DNA of 64,000 nt from Bugula neritina (Eukaryota > Animalia > Bryozoa): NCBI GenBank assembly GCA_964035545.1, contig OZ037771.1, forward strand, positions 7,039,190 through 7,103,189. The letters run 5' to 3'. The position numbers and the translations under genes were made by a program. The notes under the pieces were generated by a model. It searched no databases and had not been told where the DNA came from. It saw only the letters and a list, made by a program, of their open reading frames with translations. Below, piece after piece: positions 35,601 to 49,100 of this stretch. How positions within the stretch are numbered: position 1 is the first letter of the stretch; every line of letters begins with the position of its first letter.

Positions 35601-38600
35601 TATTATAACTGCATATTATAATATATTAGAGTGTAAATTGTTGTGGGCAATCAGTTGGTTTTTAAAATATGACTGAGAGTGAATTTTTTCTGATATTTTG
35701 ACATGCATGACCTGTTCTGCTTCTGTGTTAAATTTCAGCCAATTTCTTAGCAATTAAACACCTCCACAAAGTTTATGAGATCTGCGTTAAAGATGAAATT
35801 CCTGCTTTAGATTAGGATGAATAAATCAAAACCATAAAACCTTTTGAAAGTGCATTTTAAAAAGTTTCAAAGTTTGTAAGTTATTAACCTGAAGCAGATT
35901 ATGTTCACAGCTTATACTGATCCAACTAGTGCAGATTTCTCTAAATTCTGTACACAATACTAACAGTTAGCTTGTTTTCCAGCATGAAAGAAAAGACAGA
36001 ATGGAACAAAATTCAACTGGAGGCTTGTAGTGACAGCCAATCTATGAACTGGGAAGTTAATCGACTAAGTACATTTTTGAATAAAGGTTGGAAGATCAAA
36101 ACAGCAGAAAAGTTTGCTGCAGCTGGATTTTTTATAGCCAGTTCAGGTAAATCATTCACTTTTATTGTTTATTATGTATCATGACCATTACAATATTTTT
36201 TTTAATTTATAAAACTCAGCTACTGATGGCTTATCGTCACTCACTTATATAAACACAAGTGTATAGAGATTTTGCTTGCTCGATAGTTATTTGTTGTTGA
36301 TTCAAAGTAATCAAAATCGCTTTTCTTAATATTAAAAGAATAAAATGAAATGTTACTGCGTTCATTACATCGGTGTACTATAAGTATATTTAGCTCTAGT
36401 AGCACAATGTGATGTTGATTTAGCATGTTTCAGTTTTAATTTATATATTTAATTTATATCTTTTTTTTTCTGGAGTAAGATTTAGGGGCTGGTATAAGGT
36501 TCTTTTCAGAGTTGTGATACCCACAACTAGCTCCAAACGCAAATAATAGACTTGCATTTTCATGCACTGTGCATTGTCAATTGAAAAATTTGGTACTCGA
36601 ATAATATGTAATCGATTAGATAAAAGCTTTAAATTAGTTTGAATGCTTTCACTTTGATAATTTTGTATTGGAACTATCACCAATGCTATTTCTGATTAGG
36701 GACTTTTGACATTTTACAACTGTTTGAACAGATATCACATGTGCCTTCTGTAACCAGAAGCTCCGCATTGGTAATGGAGAGAGAGACAGCTGTTCTCCAA
36801 CACAACTTCATTTTAAGACTTCTCCATCCTGCATGTTTGTTCAAGGTATACTGCGTTACATATATGTCATATTTATATATATATATATATGCTTCTGTTA
36901 CATTATTTGCATTAGTAGAATTCTTACTTCTTGCATGCAATACACACTATGTACTTTTGAGAGATGTGCAATTTCTTGCAAATGAACTTTTGTAAAGTAT
37001 TTGAAGTCTAAGGCTTATACAACCTATATATAAATTTACTTATGGTTATCAGGATTCTTTTTTACTTATTTTTCTTGGCTAAGTTAAGACATCTTTCTGG
37101 TTTCTCTATCCCTCCCGCCTTTTTATCTCCTCAACAAACTAACTCTGGGATTCATGTGATTATTAAACAAACTTCTTTACTGCTTCCTCATCTGTTAGTT
37201 CTTATAGTATTTTTAAAATATCAACTATTTCAGCTTCTAATATTAACTTGTATAAAATCATCAAAACCAAACTAAGTTATGGGAACATCGTAGTAGCATA
37301 TATGATTGGTTTGGTCTGAAACTCCTTCTGTATAGGTCAAGTGTTTCGATTGGTGTAATGAATAATTAAATTCATTTAATTGGCTAGCTGGCTGTTCTTC
37401 TGCATGGGTGGTCTAATCACCAGTAGATTGGATTCCTGGTAAATTAATTCTTATTTTCTTTATTGTAAAACTTTTGCCTAACATATCACTATAGTGCATG
37501 CTTGTTTTCTATTACTATTGTTTTAGACAGGTTACTAGAGAGAATTCTGGTTCTTCTTAGAAATATCAGTTTTTTTTTCTTTTAGGGATGAAGTTACCTA
37601 ACAACAAAACCAACATACCACGATTGTTTGACAGTCATGTCTGGCAGAATGACCTAGACTTTAAAAAACCAGCTGAACCAATTGTTCCATCGACTAGGCT
37701 GGATGGTTTGGGAATCCAGACAACACTTATTGCTAATCCAGCTATGGGTGTAATAGAGAGAAGACGGGACACATTCCTTACCTTCCCCAATGGCCATCCA
37801 AAAGATCCCAGTGAACTGTCTGAAGCTGGCTATTATTATGAAGGTAGAGTATCTTTCTTTTAATGCATCATGTGACTTTTTGAAGTGTTCAGTTTTCTAT
37901 ATATGCATGTACTATTTTTTCACTCTGCACATATAGCCTATTGCTATAGTATTATTACTAAATTTAGAGATGGTGAGTTTTCGGTAGGTAACAAGAAATT
38001 TAAGGCACCGAAGTTGCTCCACAGACTTGATATTGTTTGCTTTAATGTTGAAAATTTTAAAAAAAATCCTTTAGTTATTTAGTTAACCTATAGCTTTATA
38101 TTATATTTCCATGGTAAATTTAGCACCCATTCTCATTGCAAGAACTGCTATGATTAATTGCTTTAGAATTGTGTCCAACAGGTAAAGGACGGTCTGTTAC
38201 CTGTTTTGCCTGTGCTGTCGTCTCCGATAACTGGACTTTAAACGAAAATGTCTGGATGAGACATGCCCGAAGCTCTAAAACCTGTCCATTCGTGTTAATG
38301 AACAGAGGGGTGGAGTTTATCTGTGCAGCCATAGACGAACTTGGTTCATACAGTGAGCCAAGGGAAGAGAACAGGTTGACGGTATGTATGGCTTACAGAT
38401 CATAGTTATAGCTACAGTGGGCGTCTAGCTGTTGTCTTAATTTTAATTCTGCAATATTATGAATTTTCCATGATATGCAAACTCTATGCACTGCAAAATT
38501 AAGTGGCTGTGCTTCAGATTTATATTTTATGGTTATATTTTATAAAATAACTAAAAGTTTCATCTTTCAGCTCTTTTATTTGACTGCACTGCAAATACAT

Positions 38601-41509
38601 CATGCATTTTTAGTTTATGTAGGACAGACCATTTTCATCTTTCATTTTTATCTTCTTTCCACTACTATTTAACTTGAGTCAGCTTTTTATAATTTATGTT
38701 TTCTTGCAGTTGCGGGTTGCTCCTTTAGTTTAAAAATGATATCTTACTAAAACCCCAGTCGAATATGAGGTTTTTTTTTTAATTGCGCTAAATTATTTAA
38801 TGCTTAATGAGAAAATTGGTAATTTTGTTTAGTCTTAACAAATTCAAATAAAAATGCTCAAACATTACTACTTAAAGCATCATTACATGTTACAGCAAGT
38901 ATCCAACAGGATGTTGCGGCCACGCCTAGATTCGATCGTCGTGCAGCAAGCATTGGATTTGGGATACCATCGAAGTTTTGTCAGAGCCGCAGTTATTAAT
39001 AGATTGAAAGTGAGTTGCATTATGTCTGTTGTTTGTTGCCCATTTGTTTGTAGAGTTGTGAGTTTTAATCAACTAGAGCTTGATTTAATAAACATAATAC
39101 GAAGTATAGAGTGTACGCCAATTAAGTATTTTCAGATATAAATATTTGTTATTTTGTGATTAACATGTAAAATGATTACAATGAGGAACGGTTTTGGTTC
39201 GCATGGCATAAATAGGTTAAATAAACGCAACTATAATTTATCGCAGATTTTCAAAAATTCTCTAGCCATGTATTGACTTGCGTTTCAATTTCTATAAAAA
39301 CTTTACTAATCAATTATTAGTCACTTTAACAGACCAGTCATTCACTTTGGCTACAGTAAGATTGATAGAAAGTAGAGAAGATATATATATTGCTTAGTAG
39401 AATTTTCATTTTAACTTCTAATAATTTTTATTATATTTTCATTGAGTAAGAAGAAAGACATTTTAATGACTTTGCCTAATTTTTGCAGATTTTATTGAAT
39501 ATAATTTTGAGCAATTAGAATCTTGTTCAATCATAAATTCATGAGCTATTATTATAATTAATTTATTCTTAGAAATTAGCCCCAGATTACACAAGATTAG
39601 CTGATCTGGTCAAAGATGTTATGGAATTGACTCCACCCGACCCCAAAAGAATAGTAGAAGCTAAGGAATATTTGCTACCAGATTTATTAGCTGAACCCAA
39701 TTCAGATGAGAAAACAGACTCACATGAAGACAATACACCTGTGCCTGTACCACATGCAACTGAATTGGAGCAAACTGATAGCAAAGACACACCAGATATC
39801 AAAGGTGACATTTACAGTAGCCTGAAAAAGCAGTCAGCTAGCTCATACTCGTTAATTCCAATTATCGTGTCATTGTGGCTAAAGCATTTTTTGGTAAAAA
39901 TTTTTAACTCCAAACACTAAAAGAATCTCAGCTACAGGCTAATGAATTATGTCAAGGTCAAAGTAACTCAGTCAATTGAGTTAATCTCAAAAGTAAAAGT
40001 AGGACACGGTTTGGATATGATCTCCTTAGTGTCTACTATATTATTCTAATAATAGATGCTATTTTGTGGTCATATTAAATATAATACTGAATTGGCATGC
40101 GTCTGTCAAAGGTTGACAGTGCATGGTATTTTTAAAATTGATGTTTCAGGAGTCTCATAATGAGCTTCTCAATATTGTTATTTGTCACCCAGTATAACAT
40201 CTTTGGTCATATATATTAAAGTCTGTAAAATAAAAATTGTCCTTATAATAAGTTACAAGAATTATAAAACTTTGTTTGTACACCAAATCACTGCAAAGTG
40301 TTTCTGAATTAATGCTTAGCATGTAAAACATATCAGTTAAGCTAATGTTGAACAATTTTTAACTTTGAAAATAAATACGAATTGACAACTAATTTGTTTT
40401 TATTGTTAATTTATGTAGAAACCGATTCAGCCACTTCTGGTGAACTTGATTTAGATGGTCTAACAGAGAAGGCCTACACTTTACAGTTGATTTCTCAATT
40501 GACGTGTAAAGTGTGTCTCTCAGATCTGGTTGCCATCATATTTCTTCCATGTGGTCATTGTGGTAAGAACCAGCTTTCTTACACTTCCTGTTTTTGTGTA
40601 TGTATACCGGTAGCACTCTAATTATGTGGAAGTAACCAAAGTAAAGGCCTGGCCACACAATCGTCAAATTCACACAAAAGACGTGTGAATAGTTTTCCAC
40701 ACGTAATAAATAGTCCATGAATGGGTTTTGCACGAGATAAAAACAGCAGAAGATTGTCAGTCACAGAAACTGGTAGAACTGAAATAATAACTATTGATAA
40801 AATTCTATTGGCCAATCAAGTGGTGCTTATTGTCAAATGCGCTTTGTTTGTTCATCGTCTTAAGTGGATGCACCCAGCAAACACGAATTTATATGAATTC
40901 TCTTAAATTTGATTGTACATAAGTAACTAGTATATAGATTCCTAGCTAGTTATAAGACCAAAATGTAGTTTACAAAGTAATGAGGAGTTTGAGCTCCTCC
41001 TTAGTTGAAGGCAACATTATTGTTGCTATACTAATAACTTTGTTTTTTAACCTGTTTAAGCAAAGTTGTATCTTCCCTAGCTTAATATAGTCATTGCTGT
41101 ATTCCCAATAAAACAAAGCAATAAAGTTTTTACTACACACCATCATGGAATTTCACAAATAAAATTTCACACATGTTTTGTAACCGAGCAGTTAGGGTTA
41201 GTGCTATCTTTGAGATTAACATGTCAACCAGACTGTCTCCACTGGTTGATACGGTGGTTGTATTGGAGTCAGAGTGATTATTGGGGTCTTTCTTTGAGGC
41301 CCCTGTTTGCGAAAAATATTTATTGTATCCTGGGCTAAATTTGCAGGAACCATTCAAATCTTATAGCTTGATGTTATATGTATATTATATCCTGATAGTT
41401 TATGCTCGTCTTTGTAGTGTGCTGTACAAACTGCTCACCTTCCATGTCTGAATGCCCGATCTGTAGAGAAGACATTCGTGGCACAATACGAGCCAAATTC
41501 CCACCTTAA
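32700..41509 (+). CDS. BIRC: Inhibitor of apoptosis (BIRC2/3/XIAP/DIAP2-like): three BIRs, UBA, C-terminal RING; no CARD seen; ~963 aa
   Basis: Exons 32700-33711, 34698-35259, 35983-36146, 36732-36845, 37586-37843, 38182-38381, 38896-39009, 39573-39804, 40419-40562 and 41418-41509 sum to 2892 nt in frame. BIR Zn motifs CAWC..H..C, CAFC..H..C and CFAC..H..C; UBA-like VVQQALDLGY; RING CKVC..FLPCGHCVCCTNC..CPICR. The start could alternatively be the ATG at 33015. Confidence 0.93.
34051..34395. mobile_element. PIF/Harbinger (Tourist-like) MITE with ~70-bp TIRs in an IAP intron
   Basis: GCCTAGGGCCACACTGTGCGTATTTTCGCATGCGAAAATTGAAA.. is mirrored at the right end. TAA flanks both sides. Confidence 0.88.
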
Positions 41510-41566
41510 TGAATGCTAGAGAGAAATTGCTATATAAGCTAAAAGCATATACATTAAAGATTGATC

Positions 41567-41760
41567 AACCACGGTCTAGGTGTGAGATTGCTTAGCATAG
41601 CAAACTCGGAGTCATATGTTTAAACCTCAGTAAAATCCATTGATGATGATGTTAGGAAAAGCATTCATCATAATTGCTCATGTCCCACATATAAATAAGT
41701 CCTTAGCTGGATTTAAGGGTGGGGGGAAAGACTATAGACTAAACTATAAACATGAGTTCA
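41567..41760 (+). mobile_element. Degenerate copy of the tRNA-derived SINE in the IAP 3' UTR
   Basis: Shares GGTCTAGG, GATGTTAGGAAAAGCATTC, CATAATTGCTC and the ACTATAAAC..TGAGTT tail with the 23203-23433 element. Confidence 0.6.
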
Positions 41761-42853
41761 TATAAACTAAAAAGTTTAATAATTTGAACAATAATAGTTG
41801 ATTATTTTATGTTTTCTTTGCATTATTCTCTTGCTTGCATATTATACAATCATACGATAGATTTGTGTGTGTGCTATATCCTTATCCATGTTAATTACTG
41901 GTTTGTGTTGAATATGTTCACATAGTTCTATAATAATAAAACTTAGCCAGTACAGACTGATTCTAGCTCTTGATTTTGTACTTCACGTACATGTGGTATG
42001 ATGATTAGAAAGAATGATGATAATATATAATCTGAAACAAAAAATTCAATGTATACTTTATATTAACTGTAAGAGCATGTCACATGTTAAGCGTCATACC
42101 AATTAATAATACAATTGGTGGTCAAGTGTTGGATATGCCTTTCTAATTCAGTTTAAACGTAAAACTGTTCTGTAATTGGCTTAATAAATTATAACAACTT
42201 GTGTGGTAATTTTGTTGCATTGTTTACTGTCATAAATTCTGAGTGTACAGGTACCTAAAGACTTTGCGGTTTTCTCCCAATGATTGTACAAGAATGTTCA
42301 CGAATATTCTAAACTGATGAAATAGATCGTCATTGTTCATTAGGTTATTGTTTGCATTAATTATGTTACCTACTGCCAGCAATGTAAACAAGGTGTTGCC
42401 GAATAACCATTGAAGTTCCAATGTTTTGTTGTGTTTTGGTTACTGGAATGCTTGAGAATGTTCTAGAGTTTTTCTATAATTTACTATAATAATACTGAGG
42501 CAGTTGTGCTTACAAGACAGTTCGTTTTCATAAGTTGGTCTGCGTATAATATCTTGCTGGAGAAATAAAGTATACTTATATTCACAACTCTATTTACTCT
42601 CAATTGGATTAGCAAGCTGTATGCTACTTGTCTATACACTTCTGACTATACCAGACTTTTCAAACTCGTCACACTGCTACTGTAGTTTTGGAACATTTTC
42701 AAATTTTCATTGAAAGCAGTTTATATACAGACTATGGTTATCAGGTTCTGTGGAAAGAAACAAAAAAAAACTATACAAGTGTTGAATCATATCACTGTAT
42801 ACATGACTTCAGTTGACAGTATACCAACGATAAACTTTACGAGGAAATAAATT

Positions 42854-42930
42854 GGGAAAAGTGATTTCCAGGGAAATACCCAAGATGAGAGGGTTTTTCC
42901 AAAGGTAGCTGGATAATCCGGTAAATCCCA
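42854..42930. promoter_or_regulatory. Cluster of kB-like sites upstream of the putative non-coding first exon of receptor paralogue 1
   Basis: AGTGATTTCC, GGGAAATACCC, GGGTTTTTCC, GGATAATCC and GGTAAATCCC lie within ~80 bp. Donor CC|GTAAGT at 43130. Confidence 0.5.
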
Positions 42931-44061
42931 TTTAGTAACGGTAACAAAGACATTCTTTAATTATATAGTCATTTGTAACCAGCCTTTGTGTGTGACACAC
43001 GCATATAATCAATTAGCAGTATCTAATTGATCAAGCCTGTTAGAGTCTTGTATTCACCACTGCCGGTGCACCAACTGTTACTCATCAACATATTTCTCAG
43101 CATAGAAACATCCTGTGCTGGTGAAAACCGTAAGTTAACTATCACTTATATTTCGTTTCATTGATACAACAGCTGTGCTTAGTTCAGTACCCAACTGAAC
43201 TAAATTCCACGGCTTGCATAGGTTTATAGTTTTGTAATTGGCATTCTACAAATAAAGAATAATATTCATAAATATTGCAGCTAGCAAAGGATTGATTGTG
43301 AAGATAGCCACGAGATAATACTATAAATATTACAAATGCACTATGTAGTACTCCCTTTGTATCTCAACCAGAGGTCCCTAATCCTTAATTTGCGACGTAG
43401 TGATCGGTTTACTAGATTTAACTCTATTTTGCCTCTATTTACACCACGAACCACAAAAGGAAGTTCAAACACTTCTCGTGACCTATAGAGTTTTGCAGTC
43501 AAATGGATTCGTGAGATATAGAGAGAGAGCACCGTCTTTGTCTAAAGATAATCACTATATACATGTAACGTGATATAAAACTTAAATTACATGCTTTGTA
43601 GCAACTTATAACATATTTATATAGTATACTAATTACAACTGATAAAAATTGTGCAATTCATAAATGTTTGTGAGAGCTAGCATAACTAAATCTGCTCTAC
43701 TGGTTATAGGTACTAGGTAGTAACTACAAAAGACCTAATTAGCTTTGTCAGGCTTTGAGGCTAATTTAATTGTAACAGTATTTTGGTTATGAAGTTCCCA
43801 TACTACCTACTTTTCAAACTGATCAGCCTTCACCATAAAACATGTTCTTAGTTGTTTAATCTATCTCATTCAGTTAGTCTAAGATATACTCACTTTGTTG
43901 TAATGTTTACAAATTTCCATTAAGTGCAAATCAAATTATGAATTTCTTCTTGGAATATCATAGTTTTGCTAGGTGGTATAGACTAGTAATGAAATATTAC
44001 TTAAACTTTTGCAGTGCATTATAAGAAAAAAAGTTATGACCAAATAAATATGCAATTTTTA

Positions 44062-44133
44062 TGGAAATTCCTTTTTCCTTAGCGATAGTACAATACCAAA
44101 TTCATTGGAAATTCCCAAGGGCCTGGTTTTTCC
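44062..44133. promoter_or_regulatory. Second kB site cluster (intronic enhancer or alternative promoter of paralogue 1)
   Basis: TGGAAATTCC (44062), GGAAATTCCC (44107; perfect GGGAATTTCC on the minus strand) and TGGTTTTTCC (44124). Confidence 0.5.
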
Positions 44134-46198
44134 AACATACTTAAGAATTTGCCTTTTCTAGCCACTCCCAGTTATAGCTATCTCTAATAACAACTTGATG
44201 TAAACCATTAATAGTTCCATTTATAAAGTTGAGTTTGACTATCGCTTTAAGATTTTAGCTGTTTATAATTGAGCAGTTTTATAAAATGACCAATTTCTAT
44301 TGTTACATAATTATTAACAAATTACTAGCTCATAAGCTTCAATGAAGTTATTGAGTTGGTGAAAATAGTGAATAATCAACTATATGATTACATGTTATGC
44401 AATTTTCCCTTGCGAATTTTACAAAATAGCTAGTTTTATTCAAATCTAGCTGAGATTTGAAGTCTCCTTAATGTTGTAATGTAATGTATAGGTGCCATAT
44501 AGGCACCCTTTCACTTTGCTATCGTAGATTTTGTATAAAAAGTTCTTGCATAAGCTGTCCTAAATGTCTGCATGGCTTTCTTTTAGATTTAAAGCATAAA
44601 GCCTTTAGCAGTATTAAGATAGGGAATCAGTATGGAGGTTGTGCTTCTAGCAGCATTTCTTTTGAATGAGCTACAGCTCAGCTTACAGGACCCTATTCCA
44701 GCTGTGTTAAGGTTGGTAATTGAAAATAGTGCTTGCTTTTTCTGTTTAAACCCAACTTTTAAATTCACATCTTTATAATAAAAGCACAAAACGCCTATAA
44801 AAAATATTAGAATAATGAAGTCACATGCATGTTTTCAATGTAAACATGTATATTTACTATTCGACTTAGATAATAAATTAGCATTTTGGACTACAAAATA
44901 AAAAGCTACTTTGTTTTTTAAAACGCAGGAGCATAGCTAAATAAATTGAAATGTTTTGACACTTAATGTGGTTTTGTTGGAATAATCATTCATAATATTC
45001 TACGATATAAATGCAAGAAAAAAAGCTAGGCTCAACAAAAAGTAATGGGTTACTCAAGAAGTGTTACAAAATTCCCACAATGTCATAATAAATTTTTCCT
45101 ATGATTTTGGTAATTTCCAAATAATTTCCATCGTTCTTCAGAGTGAGTTATTAAGAACTAAAAATCCGTAAAGCATTATACGTTTAGTACGTGTCAAACA
45201 TTGACAACCCTATACGTTGCATATATAATTTTACAGTTACATATTCTGGGTAAGATATTGCAAATGTGGCTTCAGTTATCAGCTAATAAAAAGTACAAGT
45301 ATGCTTAAGAGCATTAGTAGATATGAAATATTTGCGTATAAGTATTCTTTGGATAACGCTATGGAACAAGGTTATAAAAATAGCGAACCTGAAAAAAGTT
45401 GAAGTTATAGTAAAAACCGGGCAAAAGATAGTTTTGGACAACTATAGTACAAGAGGTGATATTATAGTAAAGTTATAGCCACTCACTGGCCCAAGTAGTT
45501 ACACTAACATATAATTAAATCATATCTATAGTTAAAAGGCATTTGTGTGACCTATAGCTATTAAGTACTTCAACTGTCTAAAAATTATTTTAATAATTTC
45601 ACAAGAAATTAATCACAAATAAATGTTATACAGGGGTGTAAGCATTTGACATTTACAAGAGAAAACAATTCTGTAAACCCCAGGTAACTTCATCTTTTGT
45701 ATTTAACCTGTCAAAGTGTGTTGCTAATACTTGGCATTATTACTGCTTATCATTGCTAGAAAATTCTAAAACTTGTTTTAATGTAATTTTTTTTACTACT
45801 AAATGAGTGCATTTGTTATTAACTAATTATTATCACATTGAATTAATGCAGTAAAAATGCTCAAGTCAGCATAGCTGATTGGTTGAAATTGATACATGTG
45901 GTTTAGAATATTATAAAGATACAAGGCAGCCTACCCCAAGTAGTGCTAGTTGACTATTCAGAGCACTGACTTAGCATTCTGCATTTTAGTCCATTAGATT
46001 AATCTTTGTAAAGCTTTTAGATTATGTAGCTAGCACAGGGGGGGGACAAATCCTTATTTGGCTTATAGACTCTTGCTAGCTATTCTCCCGGAAAGGGAAA
46101 ATTTAAAATGTCCTTGTTTTGCTATAACTTTTGTCAAACCAAGAAATTAAATTTCCCAAAAGCAAAGCTGGGTAATGCTTGTAATGGTGGCATCTTGC

Positions 46199-49100
46199 AT
46201 GTTTAAAGCTTTCTTAGCTTTTTTTTGTATATATAAAGTTTGGTCTTCTACATGTGGAGAGCTTTGCACAAAACAGGTAAGCATGACAGGTTATGGCTAT
46301 GCTCAACAAAGATACATTATTTTCAACAAAATCTTTCACCATATATAGTTGAAGCAGTGAGCAAAAAGTCTTTTTATAAAATGTTTTAACAAATTTATTT
46401 TTAGATAATGGTGCTGTGAATATTGCCAAGTTCATGCAAAGACTGCTTTTAAAAGTGTACAATTTATTATTACTATTATTCATTAAAAATTTCAACGTAT
46501 TTTAGGTCATATACATAAATAATAACAGCAGCCAAATACTATAATGAGCAAAAGGTATCTTCGTGTAAATTGCCTTTTAATGACTAGTACCTATAGTGTT
46601 ATAGTTCAATTAGTTAGCAATATTGTTACAAGTAATTTACCAAAAGTTGTGAAAACTTTAATCCCTTCAAAGCAGTCTAGCTACAAATCTCTAGAGCTTT
46701 GCTTTTGATGTAAAACATTTGCTTAAATACATTTACTAAATTAACTTACAAAAACTAATGGTTTGGTCAATTATTGTATATTGCAATTGATTATACTATT
46801 ATAGATTGCAAAAAAAGCTACATGAAATGTAACATTCATACTCTCTTTTAGTGAAAAGCCATTAAAATTTTCGTTGACTTTGCAATGAATGCTGAAAAAC
46901 TATTTTTTTACCACTTACTATTATCATATTTTTGGACAACATTGCTTTTGTATAAATGCTACGGTGTAATAGATTATAGAGCTTGTTTGCTATAATAGAC
47001 TTTTGTTTTGTGAAAATTGTAATTGGTGATATATTTCTGAATAATATATTAGTAAAACTAAAGTAATTTATTGCAACTAATTCATAAAAACAAGTAAAGT
47101 TAATGATTTGCAGTTCAGTCATGAAGATATCTTGATAACTAGTATTTGACCTTTATAACTATAGTTATAAAGGTCAAATACTTCAACTGTTAAACCAAAA
47201 TATGTAAATATCCAAAGCTTTTATATAAGCCTTTAATGTGACCTTTTACATGTTTTAACTAACATGCAAAATTCACCAAAACTAAACTATGCGTTTCTCA
47301 CTTATAGTCTATAGTTACGTTACTGCATGTAGTTGAATCTTTGCAGGTGCAGTGGGAATCTATCAGACTTTACATATTATGATTGCCAACGACCCTCAAC
47401 TCCTGGTCACAATACAGCTTGTTTCGGACGAGATGGAATCGGGTTTGGGACATGCTTTTCTATCTGTGATGGAGTCTCAGTTGGTTCTTACGAGGGCCTC
47501 AAAAGTTACAAAAGTTGTGAAGCGAGCTGCAAATGTAAGCAAAACTTATAAGAAATATTATCAGAGTGATAATAATTATTCTTGCCAGAAGTGTGGGCCA
47601 TAAATATCTGAAATGACTTTATGAATATATTTAAAACTAGAAACAGTTATTTATAAAGTCTGTTGAATTAGCTAAAGTTGATGAAATATAACATTTTTTT
47701 AATTTTATTAAATTGGGTAATATATAAATATATTGTTATTCTTATTCAGCTTTTATGAATAAAGAATGCACCGAGGTTGGCGTCACAACTTCACCCCAGA
47801 GCCCGGAGATAGCAAATGCTTCATCAACCCTGGAGTTTATAGAATCCACTGCTTCCTCTCTAACAACAACCTCATTATCTGCCATAACAACAGCTCTTCC
47901 AGATGTTAATTATGATAGCATTACTGCATATTCCATCTGCATTCCAATCGCAGCGATTTTATTAGTCTGTCTTTTGGCTGAAGTTATACAGCGTTGCAGA
48001 AAACAGACTTCTCCGAGTGCTGCTTTCCTTGCTTGCATAAAAAAGATATACCAAAAAGCTAAATCTACTGACAGCAACAAAGGTACAAGCTGTTGATTAT
48101 TAATTATTTAATATGAATTTTTGAAAACGTTGTTGATGTCTTGCATAAAAATATATTCTAGTCAAATTAAGTATTGCTGACAGTTCTCTCATTAGATCTC
48201 TCCCACCCCTGTTTTGGTGATGATGTGATAGTGATGCTTGTATTTTTTTACTCATGAAACCGTTTGCTAGAATCAAAATACTATAGAGTCAATAGATTTT
48301 TGCTAAAAAACTTTTATGTCAGCCTACAGCCGCTTAGTCTCTAGCTAAATTTGCACCAGAATGTAGGCTATGATGTAGAGAAGTGAGGCTAAATGTTTAG
48401 AGTTTACAGAATAACGAGTCGTTGATAATCAATCAATGCTAGAAGTAGATGAACATGATAAATATTAATATTTATTATACTCTAAAACATGCACACATAT
48501 ATAGTATTAATATTGTTATATTTGATTCCTTAGGAAATTTTTTGTACAACCTTGTTTGATTCTTTATATGTAGAAGGCGGAGAACAAGTTATACCACTTG
48601 CCGATGTGAATAAACCCAAGCAAGAGTCAGGTAAAAAGTAATGTATATCAGAAATCAGCAACTAGTTTTTAATTTTAGTGTTTTGTGTGAATTATGCTCA
48701 GTGCAATGACAAACTGTGCTGCAAACTAAAAAAATGAACTTTAATAGTTTATATTATAGCTGTGAGCTAAGTGAATAATAATTTGGTTTTTAGTATTTTC
48801 TAAAACATTATGAAAAATAAAATTATGATGCCACACACTACACAGGCCACAATATATTTTGCTTCATTTGCTCCATTTTAAATGTCTGGTTTTTTTATAG
48901 TAACTAAATTTATTTGTACTTTGGGCAGGCTTCTTTAACAACAAGCGCTCCGTGCGTGATCTGACTTGATTTTTGTTGTTGCTAAGCATTTCTTTTACTC
49001 ACTAATATTATATTTTATTACTTCTAAATAACATTTTTTTGCTAAATTATGGAAACTAATTATCTCTACAGATGAATGCGGTTACAGTTTACTACAACTC

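Noticed and set aside
36741-36995. Listed 84-aa ORF as an IAP exon
   Set aside because: Wrong frame; the BIR2 exon is 36732-36845 in another frame.
42340-42680. Possible BEL/Pao-type solo LTR upstream of the kB cluster
   Set aside because: It has LTR-like words (TGTTCTAGA, AATAAAG, ..CA end), but I could not define matching termini or a TSD.
47490-47534. SYKSCEASCK resembles the Kunitz C-terminus
   Set aside because: The upstream Kunitz pattern (FxYGGCxGNxNNF, six-Cys spacing) is absent; this domain has eight Cys.
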